Notes: a model not told the origin generated them from the sequence alone. A stretch of DNA of 64,000 nt from Oopsacas minuta (GCA_024704765.1 JAKMXF010000233.1:62001-126000); one strand, 5' to 3'. Positions 47,624 to 60,662 are shown, counted from the first letter of the stretch. Made by a program: numbers and translations.

Positions 47624-47981
47624 GGCCACTGTTAGTTGGAAACATGTTTCAGCTCCACCGCCCGCATCTGATTTGGCTACCGCACTAATATGTCATTATT
47701 GTCATTATTTTTATTATTTCACAATTTACTCAATGTATTTAAACTACAAGGTGTATAACCTGGGTAATAACACAATAGAAATATCTTTTTCATAGTCTAG
47801 CCTATTCTCATATGAAATTTGACTTTAGCAATTATAATGTTTTTATGATTGAAGTCAATGAACAAATTTTCCAGCTGATATCTCACAAAATAATGAGATA
47901 ATGATAATGAACCGCCCGCCCGCATGCATGTTCAGGTGTATCTAATGTGGAGCTGAAACAAGTTTCTCATTAACAGTGACC
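47624..47981. mobile_element. PIF/Harbinger-type MITE
   Basis: TIR ggccactgttagttggaaacatgtttcagctccac / gtggagctgaaacaagtttctcattaacagtgacc, flanked by TTA on both sides. Confidence 0.75.
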
Positions 47982-48049
47982 TTATGTGTGATAACTAGCA
48001 TTAGATTGCTAGAAGCTTGCTTAAATATAGGATGTGGGACTTTAGCTAT

Positions 48050-48298
48050 AGTGCCGGCAACGGCAAAGTATCACTCCTACCTACTATTTGAGACGTGAGT
48101 CCAGGAACGCATCCATGGTTGCACAAGGCACTTCAAGCCGGTCCTGTGCCAGGAATAAAATGTGTGGGTCGCACTCCGAGTGCCTGAGTGAGGAAGTGGT
48201 CCATCACCTCACCTCTAGACCTACGGCGCCTCTGTCTGGCTCAAAATGACTTAGAAACACATCTAACTCTTGGGAGTTGGGAACCTGTTGCCGGCACT
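48050..48298. repeat. GC-richer element bounded by a perfect 12-bp inverted repeat; class unknown
   Basis: agtgccggcaac (48050-48061) / gttgccggcact (48287-48298). Confidence 0.5.
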
Positions 48299-48474
48299 TG
48301 AAAGGTAACTTTTGGGTGTCATTCCTTAAATGCAAATTTATTCAAATTTTTATATAATATATGTATATTATAAACAAAGCGATGTCAAATTAAAATTACT
48401 TGTTCGGTTATTCCTCGTCCAAGATTTTATAGGAAACTCTGTTAGGACACAGCATTTACTTATTTCTATAGTTA

Positions 48475-48522
48475 CAATATTTCCCTGAATAAGCGTCCCT
48501 GCGCTTATTTAGGGAAATACGG
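48475..48522. mobile_element. Minimal 48-bp element made of two fused pogo-type TIRs
   Basis: TA-caatatttccctgaataagcg tccctg cgcttatttagggaaatacgg-TA; the same terminus (taccgtatttccctgaataagcgc) occurs near 10637. Confidence 0.6.
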
Positions 48523-49273
48523 TATATGTAATAGAGATATTTAGTAATGCCAGTTTGTAGGTACATAAGATATTAGTAATCCACCGATACATTTTGTACT
48601 AGTTTGTTATCCAAAGCCTCGAGTAATTTCTAGAACTGTACCGGATTAGAGGATCTCTGTTCCGGTCGGATCTGATATGCGGTCACCAATTATCCGGTTT
48701 AATAGTCCTATATAAGTAGTTCATTTCTTCTACTACCGTTAATTATTCATAGTAAATAACTATGTATATTGGTATATATCAGAATCCTATATAATTGCTT
48801 GAACGCAAAACTTAGAAAATATTCATTTTCGGGATAGGCACCTCAATTATAAAATCCACCTTTGGGGTACTAGGGTATGTTCCTATTAGGGTTTGTCAGA
48901 TTCCACGTAATTCAAAATTTTGCCGGTGAAAAAATGATTTTCGGTCAAAAAAAAAATTTGTTTGAAGGGCAAAAATATTTACGTCGCTTTTGTGGGATCG
49001 TGAATGGGAACACACCCTTGTACGATATGTTACTAAAAATTTTTCTAATTGGAATTGATCTCGATTTTGAAATTTTTTGTCAAAACCCTTTCAAGCATAT
49101 TTACTAAAATATTTTTCGAAAATTTGACTTTGTGATATTTCAAAGGCCTATAATTGTCATCGATTATTATTGGTTCGCGGTCCTAAAAATGTTTTCGTTA
49201 TGTTTATTGGGGTCCGCGGACCCCATAAAATGGGCCAAAGACGTCCGCGGAAGAAATAGGTTGAGAACCAATG

Positions 49274-50141
49274 GCATATGTCATGTAAATATGCTATGAC
49301 TTTCATATACCCTGCTAGATGAATGAGAAACAGATTGAAATTTCTGCCATTTATTGATCACCAGTATAATACAATAATGTTGGTAAATCTGATTACAGAG
49401 ATAATACAATATATAAACAATTAGACAAGTATGGATGAATTCCTTGCGCCGATCAGAATGATATTGAATCACTCACGAATCATTTTATACTGAGAACTAG
49501 CGCGCTTCACTTGTTCGCGCTGCCGCGGCTTGAGAACAATTTCTGTTCGCATGGGGCTCGGCACTTCGTGCCTCGAATTGATCAAAGTATATAATTAGCA
49601 ACATGTTCACAATATGTATTTGAAAATATCTTATTCGGATTCAGTGTACTTGATTACCCCCTATATATCTATTGAGAGCAAGTCTCAAAGTATATTTCGA
49701 GATTTCAACTATTTGTTTACTTTATTGTTTACATTCATAAAAACAACAATAAATTTACATATAATTAATCCAAAAGTGTGAAAATCGAATTCAGTATGTT
49801 CGGTATATTTGAGTGAAGTTATATTGAATTCTATTTACTTCAATATGTTGCTACTTTTATACTTTGATCAATTCGAGGCACGAAGTGCCGAGCCCCATGC
49901 AAACAGAAATTGTTCTCAAACCGCGGCAGCGCGAACAAGCGAAGCGCGCTAGTTCTCATTATATAATGATTTGTGAGTGATTCAATGTCATTCTGATCGG
50001 CGCAAGGAATTCATCCATACTTGTCTAATTGTTTATATATTGTATTCTACTGATGATCAATAAATGTCAAAAATTTCAATCTGTTTCTCATTCATCTAAC
50101 AGGGTATATGAATAGTCATAGCATATTTACATGATATATGC
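49274..50141. repeat. Long foldback inverted repeat (arms about 330 bp, high identity; spacer about 250 bp)
   Basis: 49274-49600 mirrors about 49845-50141, including the GC-rich cgcgcttcacttgttcgcgctgccgcgg...ggggctcggcacttcgtgcctcg block. The spacer shares motifs with 23640-23810. Confidence 0.9.
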
Positions 50142-51199
50142 AATAATGATTAGAATCAAAATTAGTTAGTTGAAAGTTAGTTGAAAGGCTTACTTGCAAC
50201 CCTTCCTGAATTTTTTAAAAATTTTCTGGAGGGTAGCAAGTATCTTGACTGACATCAACCAACAAATTTTGATTCTAATCATCGTTATTTGAAAGTATTT
50301 TCTAACACATTTCTTGAACTTATAGTATCTAAGATACTTGCAGTCTATTGTCCAAATTTATATACATATTTTTATCAATATTTTCGTAACCATGTTACAT
50401 TGTTTGCACAACTCTTCTACGAAATATACTATCTATATATTATTAATTACTAATATTTGTTAGTGTTATTGAATCAAGCTGACTAAACTCTCAATTCTTT
50501 ATTACTTTGTATAGTCATTTTCTTAATCAAATACGATAAATTTTATCATACAAATCTGCTTTCAAATCACATGATTATTATCTGTATTAATATCCAGCCG
50601 GAACCGGATATCCGGTACAGATTTCAAATTTCTTGCATTTTATTTAATTATTAGTTGTTTGTAAATACCTTTCACCCTTGCTAAATTCCAAACTGACCCT
50701 ATGGTTAAACAACCTTTGGAAAATGTACAAAAAATGTTCCAAAAGGTCTAATTGTATCAAATTATACTTCGGACAAATTTCTAATACTATACTATACAAG
50801 TTGGCAGTCTCTTCATCTTATCTACAACTTTGTTCAATATATCCTCTTAGATCCTATAGTATTGTTTTAATGCTTCGCTAATCCGAAAAATCATTTTGCA
50901 ATTGGAACAGTTCTATTCAGATTAGCGAGGATGTACTGTACCCATCTACGAATATTCATTTATAACATGATATATGTAAATACAACAGACTCCGCTCAAT
51001 AGAGCCACCTGTTAATCGGGTCATTTAGCCAGAAACAGTACCATACAAACAGTGTTAATTACTCCGGTTAATCGGACCAGCACCTTTATTCCGCTTAATC
51101 TCATGAAAATAATTTTGTCCCGATGTTACCCTATTAAGCGAAGTCTACTGTGAATATAATTTGGACGGGCGAGGATGAGTAACAAGCTTATTAGTTATC

Positions 51200-51381
51200 T
51201 AGTAGAGTCTCCGAATAATAGACACATTGGGGACATCGCTGCTGTCCGTTTTAGGGAGTGTCCGCTTCTCGGAGACTTCTAAAGTTTTACATATATGATC
51301 GCTAATTCATTCCGTTAAAGGTTTGTCCGTTGTAGAGGGATTATCTGCTTCTCGGAGTATCCGTTTTGGGAGACTCCACTA
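51200..51381. mobile_element. pogo/Tigger-type MITE
   Basis: agtagagtctccgaat ... gttttgggagactccact-TA; partial copy at 92-151. Confidence 0.65.
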
Positions 51382-51569
51382 TATGTCGTTGTCTATATAT
51401 TGTTAATTTTCTAATTTACATATAAAAATAGCTACACAAATATACTAAAGCCTTGATTAACAATACTAAATCAAAATATATTTGTTGTTACTAGACTTTC
51501 TATACATACTCAATGAATGAAGGCTGAAAAATTAGGGGGGCTAAATGTAGAGTTAGTTAAAGAGTGTAG

Positions 51570-53438
51570 CTACACTAGGAATAGTATAGTTAACATCAAC
51601 ATGAGAGTAGAAATAGCTAGAGAGAGCACAGTTGCAGAATCTGTGGGTGTATTAGTAGGTTGTTGTGTAGTACTTCCTGTAGCAGTTGTTATAACAATTC
51701 TATCCGAAGAAACACATCTACCTACCCCGGCACCTGCATGCTGTTGGATTTCACCACCTATCACACGACCCCAAGCTAGAAGCACGTAGTATCCGTCAGG
51801 ATTATTCAAATCAGGGGTACCTAAGACATTAGTAGTGAAGGTACAGTTTATTATAGTTTGATCGTTGATGGAGTTTATTAGAGTGAGATCAGATGTGACT
51901 ATGGGAGGTCTAGCTCTAGCAGAGGCAAATCTTTCTTGAACTGCTACACCCTCATCAGAACGTACACACATGAATATGAATGAATCTGGCATACTTCGGG
52001 TAGTTGAAAGTCCCATGGCGATCCAATCTGCTGCAGCATTGTCATACTGTAACTGGAATTGTACAGTGTTATCCTCTATTGTGTAGATGGTACCGATATT
52101 AAGGGTAGTTGGGTCGGTGGTTTCAGCACAATTCGAAAACTGAATGCATCTAGCGATAGTATCACATCCTTCACCGATGAGAAGATTAGACGGTTGAGTA
52201 GGCGCTTGAGTAGTTGGATCCATTCCTGTAGCAGTTGTGATAACAATCTCACTCAAAGAAACACATCTACCAGCACTTCCATGTTGTTGGATTAATCCAC
52301 CAGATACAGTACCCCAAGCTAGAAGCACGTAGTATCCTCCACCTCTATTCAGATTGGGGCTACCTAAGACATTTGTATTGAAGGTACAGTTTATGATAGA
52401 AGCATCGTTGATGGAGTTTATTAGGGTTAGATCAGATGTGACTTCTGGAGGTCTAGCTCTAGCAGAGGCAAATCTTTCTTGGACTACGACATCCACACCA
52501 GAACGTACACACATGAATATGAATGAATCTGGCATACTTCGGGTAGTTGAAAGTCCCATGGCGATCCAATCTGCTGCAGCATTGTCATACTGTAACTGGA
52601 ATTGTACAGTGGTATCGTCTATTGTATTGATGGTACCGATATTAAGGGTAGTTGGATTGGTGGTTTCAGCACAATTCGAAAACTGAATGCATGTAGCAAT
52701 AGTATCACATCCTTGACCGATGAGAAGATTAGACGGTTGGGTAGCTGGTGGGGTGGTAGCTGGTGGGGTAGTAGCTGGTAGGGTGGTGGTAGTTGGTGGG
52801 ATAGTAGCTGATGGGGTGGTAGCTGGTGGGGTAGTAGCTGATGGGGTGGTAGCTGGTGGGGTAGTTGGATCCATTCCTGTAGCAGTTGTGATAACAATCT
52901 CACTCGAAGAAAAACATCTACCAGCACTTCCATGTTGTTGGATTAATCCACCTGTCACACGACCCCAAGCTAGAAGCACGTAGTATCCGTTAGGATTATT
53001 CAGATTAGGGGTACCTAAGACATTTGTATTGAAGGTACAGTTTATGATAGAAGCATCGTTGATGGAGTTTATTAGGGTTAGATCAGATGTGACTTCTGGA
53101 GGTCTAGCTCTAGCAGAGGCAAATCTTTCTTGAAGATTGACATTGGCACCAGAACGTACACACATGAATATGTTTGAATTTGGCATACTTTGGGTAGTTG
53201 AAAGTCCCATGGCGATCCAATCTGCTGCAGCATTGTCATACTGTAACTGGAATTGTACAGTGGTATCGTCTATGGTTGTGAAAGTACCGATACTTGGGGT
53301 TGTAGGAGCTGTGGTTGTAGCACAATTAGAAAACTGAATGCATGTTGTATCACCATCACATCCTTCACCGATAAGGTCATTTGCATGGATAACTCCGAGA
53401 CAACTTAATAGTAAACACGAAATGAGTATTTTAGACAT
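51570..53438 (-). CDS. Secreted, probably GPI-anchored protein with three tandem DOMON domains and a Thr/Pro-rich linker
   Basis: Signal peptide; three repeats of GxGC..C..F..C / WIAMGLSTT.SMP.S.IFMC / YYVLLAWG....I.QH; uncharged hydrophobic C-terminus after DSA. Confidence 0.9.
   Translation of the reverse strand: MSKILISCLLLSCLGVIHANDLIGEGCDGDTTCIQFSNCATTTAPTTPSIGTFTTIDDTTVQFQLQYDNAAADWIAMGLSTTQSMPNSNIFMCVRSGANVNLQERFASARARPPEVTSDLTLINSINDASIINCTFNTNVLGTPNLNNPNGYYVLLAWGRVTGGLIQQHGSAGRCFSSSEIVITTATGMDPTTPPATTPSATTPPATTPSATIPPTTTTLPATTPPATTPPATQPSNLLIGQGCDTIATCIQFSNCAETTNPTTLNIGTINTIDDTTVQFQLQYDNAAADWIAMGLSTTRSMPDSFIFMCVRSGVDVVVQERFASARARPPEVTSDLTLINSINDASIINCTFNTNVLGSPNLNRGGGYYVLLAWGTVSGGLIQQHGSAGRCVSLSEIVITTATGMDPTTQAPTQPSNLLIGEGCDTIARCIQFSNCAETTDPTTLNIGTIYTIEDNTVQFQLQYDNAAADWIAMGLSTTRSMPDSFIFMCVRSDEGVAVQERFASARARPPIVTSDLTLINSINDQTIINCTFTTNVLGTPDLNNPDGYYVLLAWGRVIGGEIQQHAGAGVGRCVSSDRIVITTATGSTTQQPTNTPTDSATVLSLAISTLMLMLTILFLV
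52738..52865 (-). repeat. Coding 15-bp minisatellite (TTPPA/TTPSA units)
   Basis: About 8 units of gtagctg(g/a)tggggtg on the + strand, between DOMON domains 1 and 2. Confidence 0.9.
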
Positions 53439-54431
53439 TTTCAGTTCACCTCTGTTATGTATATAGTTGAAAACAAAAATATTTAAATTATTCTTGTATT
53501 TATAGTAGTATTAGATCACCCACTCAGCGTCTGTTAACTTATCAAATATCAATCAAGAAGAGTCTTAACAATTTCTGTTATCATATTAAATATCTACCAG
53601 TTTAATTTATGAGAAGCAATTATTTGTTAGGGTGTGCTTATTTCGGACGTTTATCTGTATTAACTAAATAGAACGTGTTTATGAGATTTGTGACTTGTTT
53701 GTGAACTTGTAATTATTTAGTGCAGCTCATATTGGGACATCCTCTAATGACTTGGACGATGTGCGACGTTTGTACGTCCTTCCGCGCGGCCGCCCAAAAT
53801 CTATCAGTCAGATTATCGCGAAATTAGTATACATTTAAACATTTTGGGATAGAGATTTTACCTAATGTATGAGATTTCCTAATTGAATTTTCACACCTTT
53901 TTCTGTACGTGGAGTTGATTTTGGGATATCAGAGCATGAAATTTATAATTATACAGATTTATCATATGATTAATCATATTTTGGCGCACCTTTTCTCCTA
54001 AATTTCCAAAGCAAGATATGTATGTGACCCTCGTTTTAATACTCATACCAATGTTCCCCAACCTGGAGCCACGGTGAAAAGTTTGGAAGACAGACTCAGA
54101 CAGGAACGATATTATTAATAATTGATATTAGCCGAGTATTGCAATTACAAATTATTAATTACATTTTCCAAGTAAATTTGGATTTCATTACAATTCTGTT
54201 GAAATTAATTACTCATTTGTACTACTCCATATATGGGTTGTAGAAACTATCTAATGACACTAATCGTATTATGAACATTGATAAAATATATTTGACTAAA
54301 TTGTATACTTATTCATGCACAAAGATAGATATAACACTAAGAACAATAAAATCCTGGTTTTCGAATACACAGTCAATGAAAGGGGTGGATAAAGTAGGGA
54401 GGCTAATCCTATTGTTAGTTAAATAACGTAA

Positions 54432-55055
54432 CTACACTAAGAATAGGATAGTTAACATCAACACGAGAGTAGAAATAGAGAGAGAGAACACAGGTGCACC
54501 TCCTGTGATAACAATCTCACTCGAAGAAAAACATCTACCAGCACTTCCATGCTGTTGGATTTCACCACCTGTCACACGACCCCAAGCTAGAAGCACGTAG
54601 TATCCGTTAGGATTATTCAGATTAGGGCTACCTAAGACATTTGTAGTGAAGGTACAGTTTATGATAGAAGCATCGTTGATGGAGTTTATTAGGGTTAGAT
54701 CAGATGTGACTTCGGGAGGTCTAGCTCTAGCAGAGGCAAATCTTTCTTGGACCACGACATCCACACCAGAACGTACACACATGAATATGAATGAATTTGG
54801 CATACTTGGGGTAGTTGAAAGTCCCATGGCGATCCAATCTGCTACGGGATTATCATACTGTAACTGGAATTGTACAGTGTTATCGTCTATTGTATAGATG
54901 GTGCCGATATTAGGGGTTGTTGGAGCTGTGTTTACAGCACAATTCGAAAACTGGATGCATGTAGCCATAGTATCACATCCTTCACCGATTAGGAGATTTG
55001 CTTGGATAATTCCGAGGAAACTTAATAGTATAATTGGAACAATAAATTTCGACAT
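54432..55055 (-). CDS. Single-DOMON secreted, probably GPI-anchored protein
   Basis: Signal peptide, WIAMGLSTTPSMPNS, IQQH, tail GGAPVFSLSISTLVLMLTILFLV*. Confidence 0.9.
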   Translation of the reverse strand: MSKFIVPIILLSFLGIIQANLLIGEGCDTMATCIQFSNCAVNTAPTTPNIGTIYTIDDNTVQFQLQYDNPVADWIAMGLSTTPSMPNSFIFMCVRSGVDVVVQERFASARARPPEVTSDLTLINSINDASIINCTFTTNVLGSPNLNNPNGYYVLLAWGRVTGGEIQQHGSAGRCFSSSEIVITGGAPVFSLSISTLVLMLTILFLV

Positions 55056-56205
55056 TTTTATAGTCTACCTTTGTTAAGTAAATAGTTGAAATCAAATTTA
55101 TATTTTATTTCTGTATTATATAGGAACTTCAGTACATATTTCCGGATCCTTTGAAAATATCAAATTCCGAATAGGAAACTTAATAATATCAGTTACCATA
55201 GTTTAACGAGTTAAATTATTGCAACGTACATCTACGATAGAGATATCACATCATAGTACCACTGAATTCAAAGCTTTGCTCATTTCCAAATTCTTACTTA
55301 TTCAGCGCAGCCACAATGGCATGGATGTTTAATGACGTAGTACATCCGTCTGTCCGTCTGCGTGACCTGGAAAATTTGGAAATTGAGCGGAACAAGTTAC
55401 AAAAAGTATACTTATTAAACTAGTAATACAACAATATTTGGACAATTTGTAGATTTTAGCTGTAGTTTTTGTTGTTTTGTCTGTTATTCCATATATTAAC
55501 TTAATAAGTAAGTAAGCTAACAATAAATAATTACATTCGCAGAACTAACTATGACAAAGTTGTAAAATTGAGAGAGATTAACAGATGTGTCTCTTATGGC
55601 TATGCTCTGTGAATATTAATATCCTACAAAAATGATTGCCATATTTCCCTTGATTAGTAACACCCTCGAATATTCGCATTCAAGGAGTAATTATTCCCTG
55701 TAATTGGTTTATTTACTGTTAGTTATGATAGTAACACATGACATTTACCAATAGGTATGATTATTCAAAGACAAACGTGTTTACAAAGATCTTAACTTCC
55801 CTCTTAAGGACGCTTGTTAATAGTCAAGTTAATAATCGCCCCGGCTACAATTCAAAGATATATACAGTATGTTTTCAACGACTAATCAGCATTCCTATAC
55901 TGTGGAACTTCGTTAATACAAACAGCAACGGAGGTCCAAAATCTGTTCGCCTCATCCGGAGTAATATTAATTAAATAACCAATTAACAGCGTGTGTAGGA
56001 ACTTGATTTTGTGGCATTTTTTGTTCGAATTAACCCTATTCGTATTAACGAGGGTCTACCGTAGTTAAATCCATAAATGTTGAAAGAGGATATTTATCAA
56101 AATATCAAACAATTAACAAAAATATCGAAATTATCCATAAGTATACGATTAGCTAGAAATGCAGAAAATTTCCTTAACAAATATCAACCTAATATACATA
56201 TACAA

Positions 56206-56844
56206 CTATACGTAGTAAGAAGTGATTAATAGTGCGGCCATCGCGTAGATAAACTGTACAGCAGGTGCGGTTATAGTACCAGCCCCTAATGCATCGGTAA
56301 TTACCCTCCTCTGTGTGCTGTAGCATCTACCGCTTGATGTATGGTACTCTATATCAGTGTCGTAAGCGCCCCAGGCTAGTAGCACATAATAACCTGCACC
56401 GTAGTTTAACTCAGGTGTACGTGTGACAGGTGTAGTGAAGGTGCAGTTCAGCGTAGAAGCATAGTTAACGTAGTTTAATTCCGTGAGATAGGATGTAGTT
56501 ATAGAAGGTCGAGATCGACCAGTGGCATATCTTTCTTGGATTGTTACGCCTGAAACACCTGAGCGGTGACATAGGAATATGTAGGAGTCTGCCATTGATG
56601 CGGTGGTTGATAAGCCAATACCAATCCAGCCTGCTGCACTATTGTCATACTGCAGTTGGAATCGTACGGTGTTATTGTCTACCGTATATATAGTAGCGAG
56701 ATTAAGTGTAGCTGGGGAAGTGGTTAGCGAACAATCCGAAAACTGTAGACAGGTTACAGCACCGTTACATCCAGTACCGATGAGATTCCCGTGGATAATC
56801 CCAATACAACTTATCAGTAAATATGAGATGAGTAAATTATACAT
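56206..56844 (-). CDS. Single-DOMON secreted, probably GPI-anchored protein (divergent paralog)
   Basis: Signal peptide, WIGIGLSTTASMADS, YYVLLAWG, IEYH, hydrophobic tail. Confidence 0.9.
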   Translation of the reverse strand: MYNLLISYLLISCIGIIHGNLIGTGCNGAVTCLQFSDCSLTTSPATLNLATIYTVDNNTVRFQLQYDNSAAGWIGIGLSTTASMADSYIFLCHRSGVSGVTIQERYATGRSRPSITTSYLTELNYVNYASTLNCTFTTPVTRTPELNYGAGYYVLLAWGAYDTDIEYHTSSGRCYSTQRRVITDALGAGTITAPAVQFIYAMAALLITSYYV

Positions 56845-57446
56845 ATCACAGGAATATTTGAAATTTCACAAGGTATAATGAATTAACGAGAATATATGAC
56901 ATATATAACTTTTTAATATTAATGCATAATCAATAGTTGAAATTACATTCTTTAGCAATAGTTGACAATCACTGGCTGTCTAGAAATTATAATCTGTCTG
57001 ATTAGAATATCAAATTCAAGTAGTAACGGGCGGGCGAAATAGTTGGTAATAGAGATATCATAACTAAGACAGTAATGAGTTGATTAGCAATTTAATCCAT
57101 TACAATGTAAAATGAACTTATGAGATCACTCTATTACAATTTGTTGGCGCTGGTCTAAGCTATACACTATGTATGACCAAAATATATTAATGTGGCTGAT
57201 ATTACTATATTTAGTATTAATATAGATATCAAGTGTGAATAGATTATTCTATAGTTTGAAACTTAGCTTTGGATAATCCAACCATATATTATATTTGATT
57301 AATTATGAATAAGGCAGTAATTATACTATTAACACCAAATACATCATATTTAGTAAATTATTTGGCATAATTAGCAAGTTTACATGGGATTGTATATACG
57401 GCCTACAAATACGATAGCTCTCATAAAAACTATTTATTATTATACA

Positions 57447-59246
57447 AATCTCAAATCACCTTCTTTGCCGACTTAATTTTACCAAATTAATTTTAGTGGA
57501 TTATTGAAACTATTTTTTCTATTAAATTCCATTTTAGTAAAGTAAGATAAATTTAACTTTAAGAATCATGTTAGACATTTACAAATGGCAAAATCGAATT
57601 CTACGTCCCTGATTACCCCTATTGAACTTGTGAAGGTAATTTCTAGGATAATTTTGAAATGTTCACCAAAAGTTGTGAAAATATGATTAATCATATGATA
57701 AATCAGTGTGTATATATTTAATAGAATGACTTGACCAATATAATTGCAGTCAACATCAATACAAATACATCACAGTGTTAATTAACTTCCATACACTCCA
57801 CCAGAACTAATTTTATGCATTTATGCCTGATTGTAAAACCCTGGCTACATTTGGCTATAGTTCTTTAAGATAGGTCATTGAGTTCAATTTCAAACCTGAT
57901 CAACGTTAAGATGTACGTAGCACATATAACTACATACTTATCACTTGACAAAATGACATTTCAATATTTTTTCAGACGAAAATCAATTACATATATCAAT
58001 ATAATATTGCTAAGTAACAGTAACAGTATGAATTTCTTGAATTGGGATAAACAAAACGAAAGCTACACAACTCTCATTTCCTTGTAAATTATAGTGCAAT
58101 AGACTAAACTATAGATTACATGAACACGTGCAATCATAATTTATTGATAGAATTGTTTATCAACCACTTCCAAAGATTAATCCCACCTAAATGCAATTAA
58201 GACTTGTTTCTTCATTAGATTAAAATGTAATTTGTGCACACGTGTGTGTTCTTCAGCTTTCTTGGTAGTCAGTTTTCAGAGAACTGATGTTAATATTGAT
58301 AAGATTATGTATGTAGTTTTAGCATATAGAGTAGTTGCATTTAGCAATATTATGCAACTAGACGGTAACAAATGAGTGGTAGGTGCAAAAGTCGTGGATA
58401 TCTGGAATTCGTAGATTCCACACTATGAGATACTGTATCAGATTATCTTTTGAGGATGTTTGCTTATAAGTTATAATCATTAAACTGGGTCATCCTTTTT
58501 GCGAAAGGTTTGAAAATTATTGACCTTTTTCAGCTATATCTCCTTATACAACAACAGTAAAACCTTCAGTAAGTGAACACCCTGGGGACCAGCCAAAATG
58601 TTCACATACGAGAGGTGTTCACTTTTCATGACATTGTGCGTAGCAATGGAAAACATTTCTGACCGAGACAAGGTGTTCATTTTGGAGATGTACACTTTTA
58701 GAGGTTTACTCTATTAAAGTTGTCTTTAGTTATACTTCATGTCTAACATGTTTTTTGTTACTACAATCCGATACTTAATAATTTATGTACAATTTGGCTC
58801 CCACAGAAGTTATATGTAATCTGGGACTACAGTAACATTTAGCCGAGCATTGCTTATTAGGCATAAATGCATAAATTAGTTCTGGTGGAGTGTATGGAAG
58901 TTAATGTATTGTATTGATGTAGGCTGCAATTCTATTGTTCAAGACATTCTATTAAATATATTTACACTGATTTATCATATGATTAATCAATTTTCACACC
59001 TAATCTCTAGGATAATTTCGAAATGGTGAACATTTCAAAATTATCCTAGAAATTAGCTTCCACTAGTTCAATAGGGGTAATCAGGGACGTAGAATTCGAT
59101 TTTGCCATTTGTAAATGTCTAACATGATTCTTCAAATTAAATTTATCTTACTTTGCTAAAATGGAATTTAATAGAAAAAATAGTTTCAATAATCCACTAA
59201 AATTAATTTGGTAAAATTAAGTCGGCACAGAAGGTGGTTTGAGATT
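57447..59246. repeat. Long inverted repeat (arms 57447-57828 and 58859-59246, spacer about 1 kb)
   Basis: For example gaattctacgtccctgattacccctattgaact versus agttcaataggggtaatcagggacgtagaattc, and gtcggcacagaaggtggtttgagatt versus aatctcaaatcaccttctttgccgac. Confidence 0.9.
58555..58711. mobile_element. pogo/Tigger-type MITE nested in the inverted-repeat spacer
   Basis: cagtaaaaccttcagtaagtgaacac ... gtacacttttagaggtttact termini with internal gtgttcac repeats. Confidence 0.55.
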
Positions 59247-59362
59247 ATTTTGTTTGAAATACAGTCCTTAATTTAAGCCCAATCAAGGTTGTTTGCTGCT
59301 TCCCGCGCCAGCTAACTTTGTACCTTCTGTCTCGCTTTTTTCTTCACTCAGGTTAGAAAGTA

Positions 59363-60658
59363 CAGAGTGGCTCCAAAGTTCTTATACAAACCATTTTGTC
59401 TATAATATTTTTTCAGCATGATCTACATCATTGATTTTCTATATATAATTAATACATACTATCAGGAAGAGATTGCATAGTTATTTATTCAATATAACCA
59501 CCCTTTTTGGAAATGACAGCCCTGAGTCTGTTCGGGAATCCTTCTACTGCGGCATGCAGAGTTCTTGGGGTATCTTCTCCCATTCTCGACACAAGGAAAT
59601 CTTTAGAGAGCTAACTGTGTTGTGTGACACAGAACAAGCCTTGTTTTCCAAGATAGACCATACAGAATAGCCCATGGGATTTAAATCGGGACTGTATGGT
59701 GGCCATTCATCCTTGTGTATAAAATTGGGAATATTGTGCTTCAGCCAATCTTGGGTCGTATTGGCGGGAGCACCATCTTGTTGGAAGACAAAATGAAAAC
59801 ATGGTCTGGCTCAGACCTTTACCACAGGCTCTAATACAAGCTCTTGGTATGTTTTGGTATTGATTTTCACTCCTGGGGGGATGAAAATCAGTGGTGTCCG
59901 GCCAACAGCAGAGACCCCAGCCCAAACCATCACCGACAGCGGTTTTTTCATCCGACATATATCTGAACTTATCAGGGATCGCTGAAACTGAGGTCGAGAT
60001 GACTCTGTAGTTTTGGCTATTTGTAGCCTCTTCTATGGTGAAAATATTCTCATTTGAGAAAAAGGTATTTTCGAGAACCCCAATAGCGTGTAGAGCAAGT
60101 AGGCTCTTACTCCGGGACACTCTCTTTTCTTTCACCGACCCAGATAGGAATTGTACCTTTTTGCGTTTAAAAGAGCGCATTCATAAGTCCCTTTTGACAA
60201 CCTTTTGTATTGCTCGGCGAGTTGTATTGAGCTCCAAGGCCATTTTCCTCATCGAACGGTGTGGGTTCCGCAGAATCCGTTCTCGCACCACTTTCTTGAG
60301 AGCTGGGGTCGTTACAGAGCATGGACGACCAGATCTTGGCTTGTTTACAGTGTCTCCAGTTTCTTTATATCGATTTATCGTCCTGTAGATAAATGACCTA
60401 CGTCCTTTTGCAATATTCAGCAGTTTCAAAATTTCTGAGGGACTTTTCCCCGCCACATGCAACTCAATAATTGCTGACCTCTCAGATTCCATGGTGGTCA
60501 ATCGCAATTTTTTTTCGAAATAGTATACACTAAATTGAAATAATATTCGTTAGGAAGCGTATGAGGTATGTCATGGAAGAGTAAACTATTGAGAATACTT
60601 CCTGATAATGGTTGTATATTAATTGTGATTTTGTATCAGAACTTTGGAGCCACCTTTG
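59363..60658 (-). mobile_element. Full-length but degenerate maT-type Tc1/mariner element
   Basis: TA-cagagtggctccaaagttcttataca ... tgtatcagaactttggagccacctttg-TA. Transposase remnants 60492 to 59485 (RSGRP, RNPHRSMRKMA, ...KKGGYIE*) with several frameshifts and stops. Confidence 0.9.
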
Positions 60659-60662
60659 TATA

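Noticed and set aside
48050-48298. Possible HDV-like ribozyme or RTE retroelement 5' end in the GC-richer segment
   Set aside because: A P1-like pairing (gagtga/tcacctc) and a tccatca loop are present, but I could not place the conserved L3 G, the P1.1 GG or a convincing P2. A covariance-model search would be needed.
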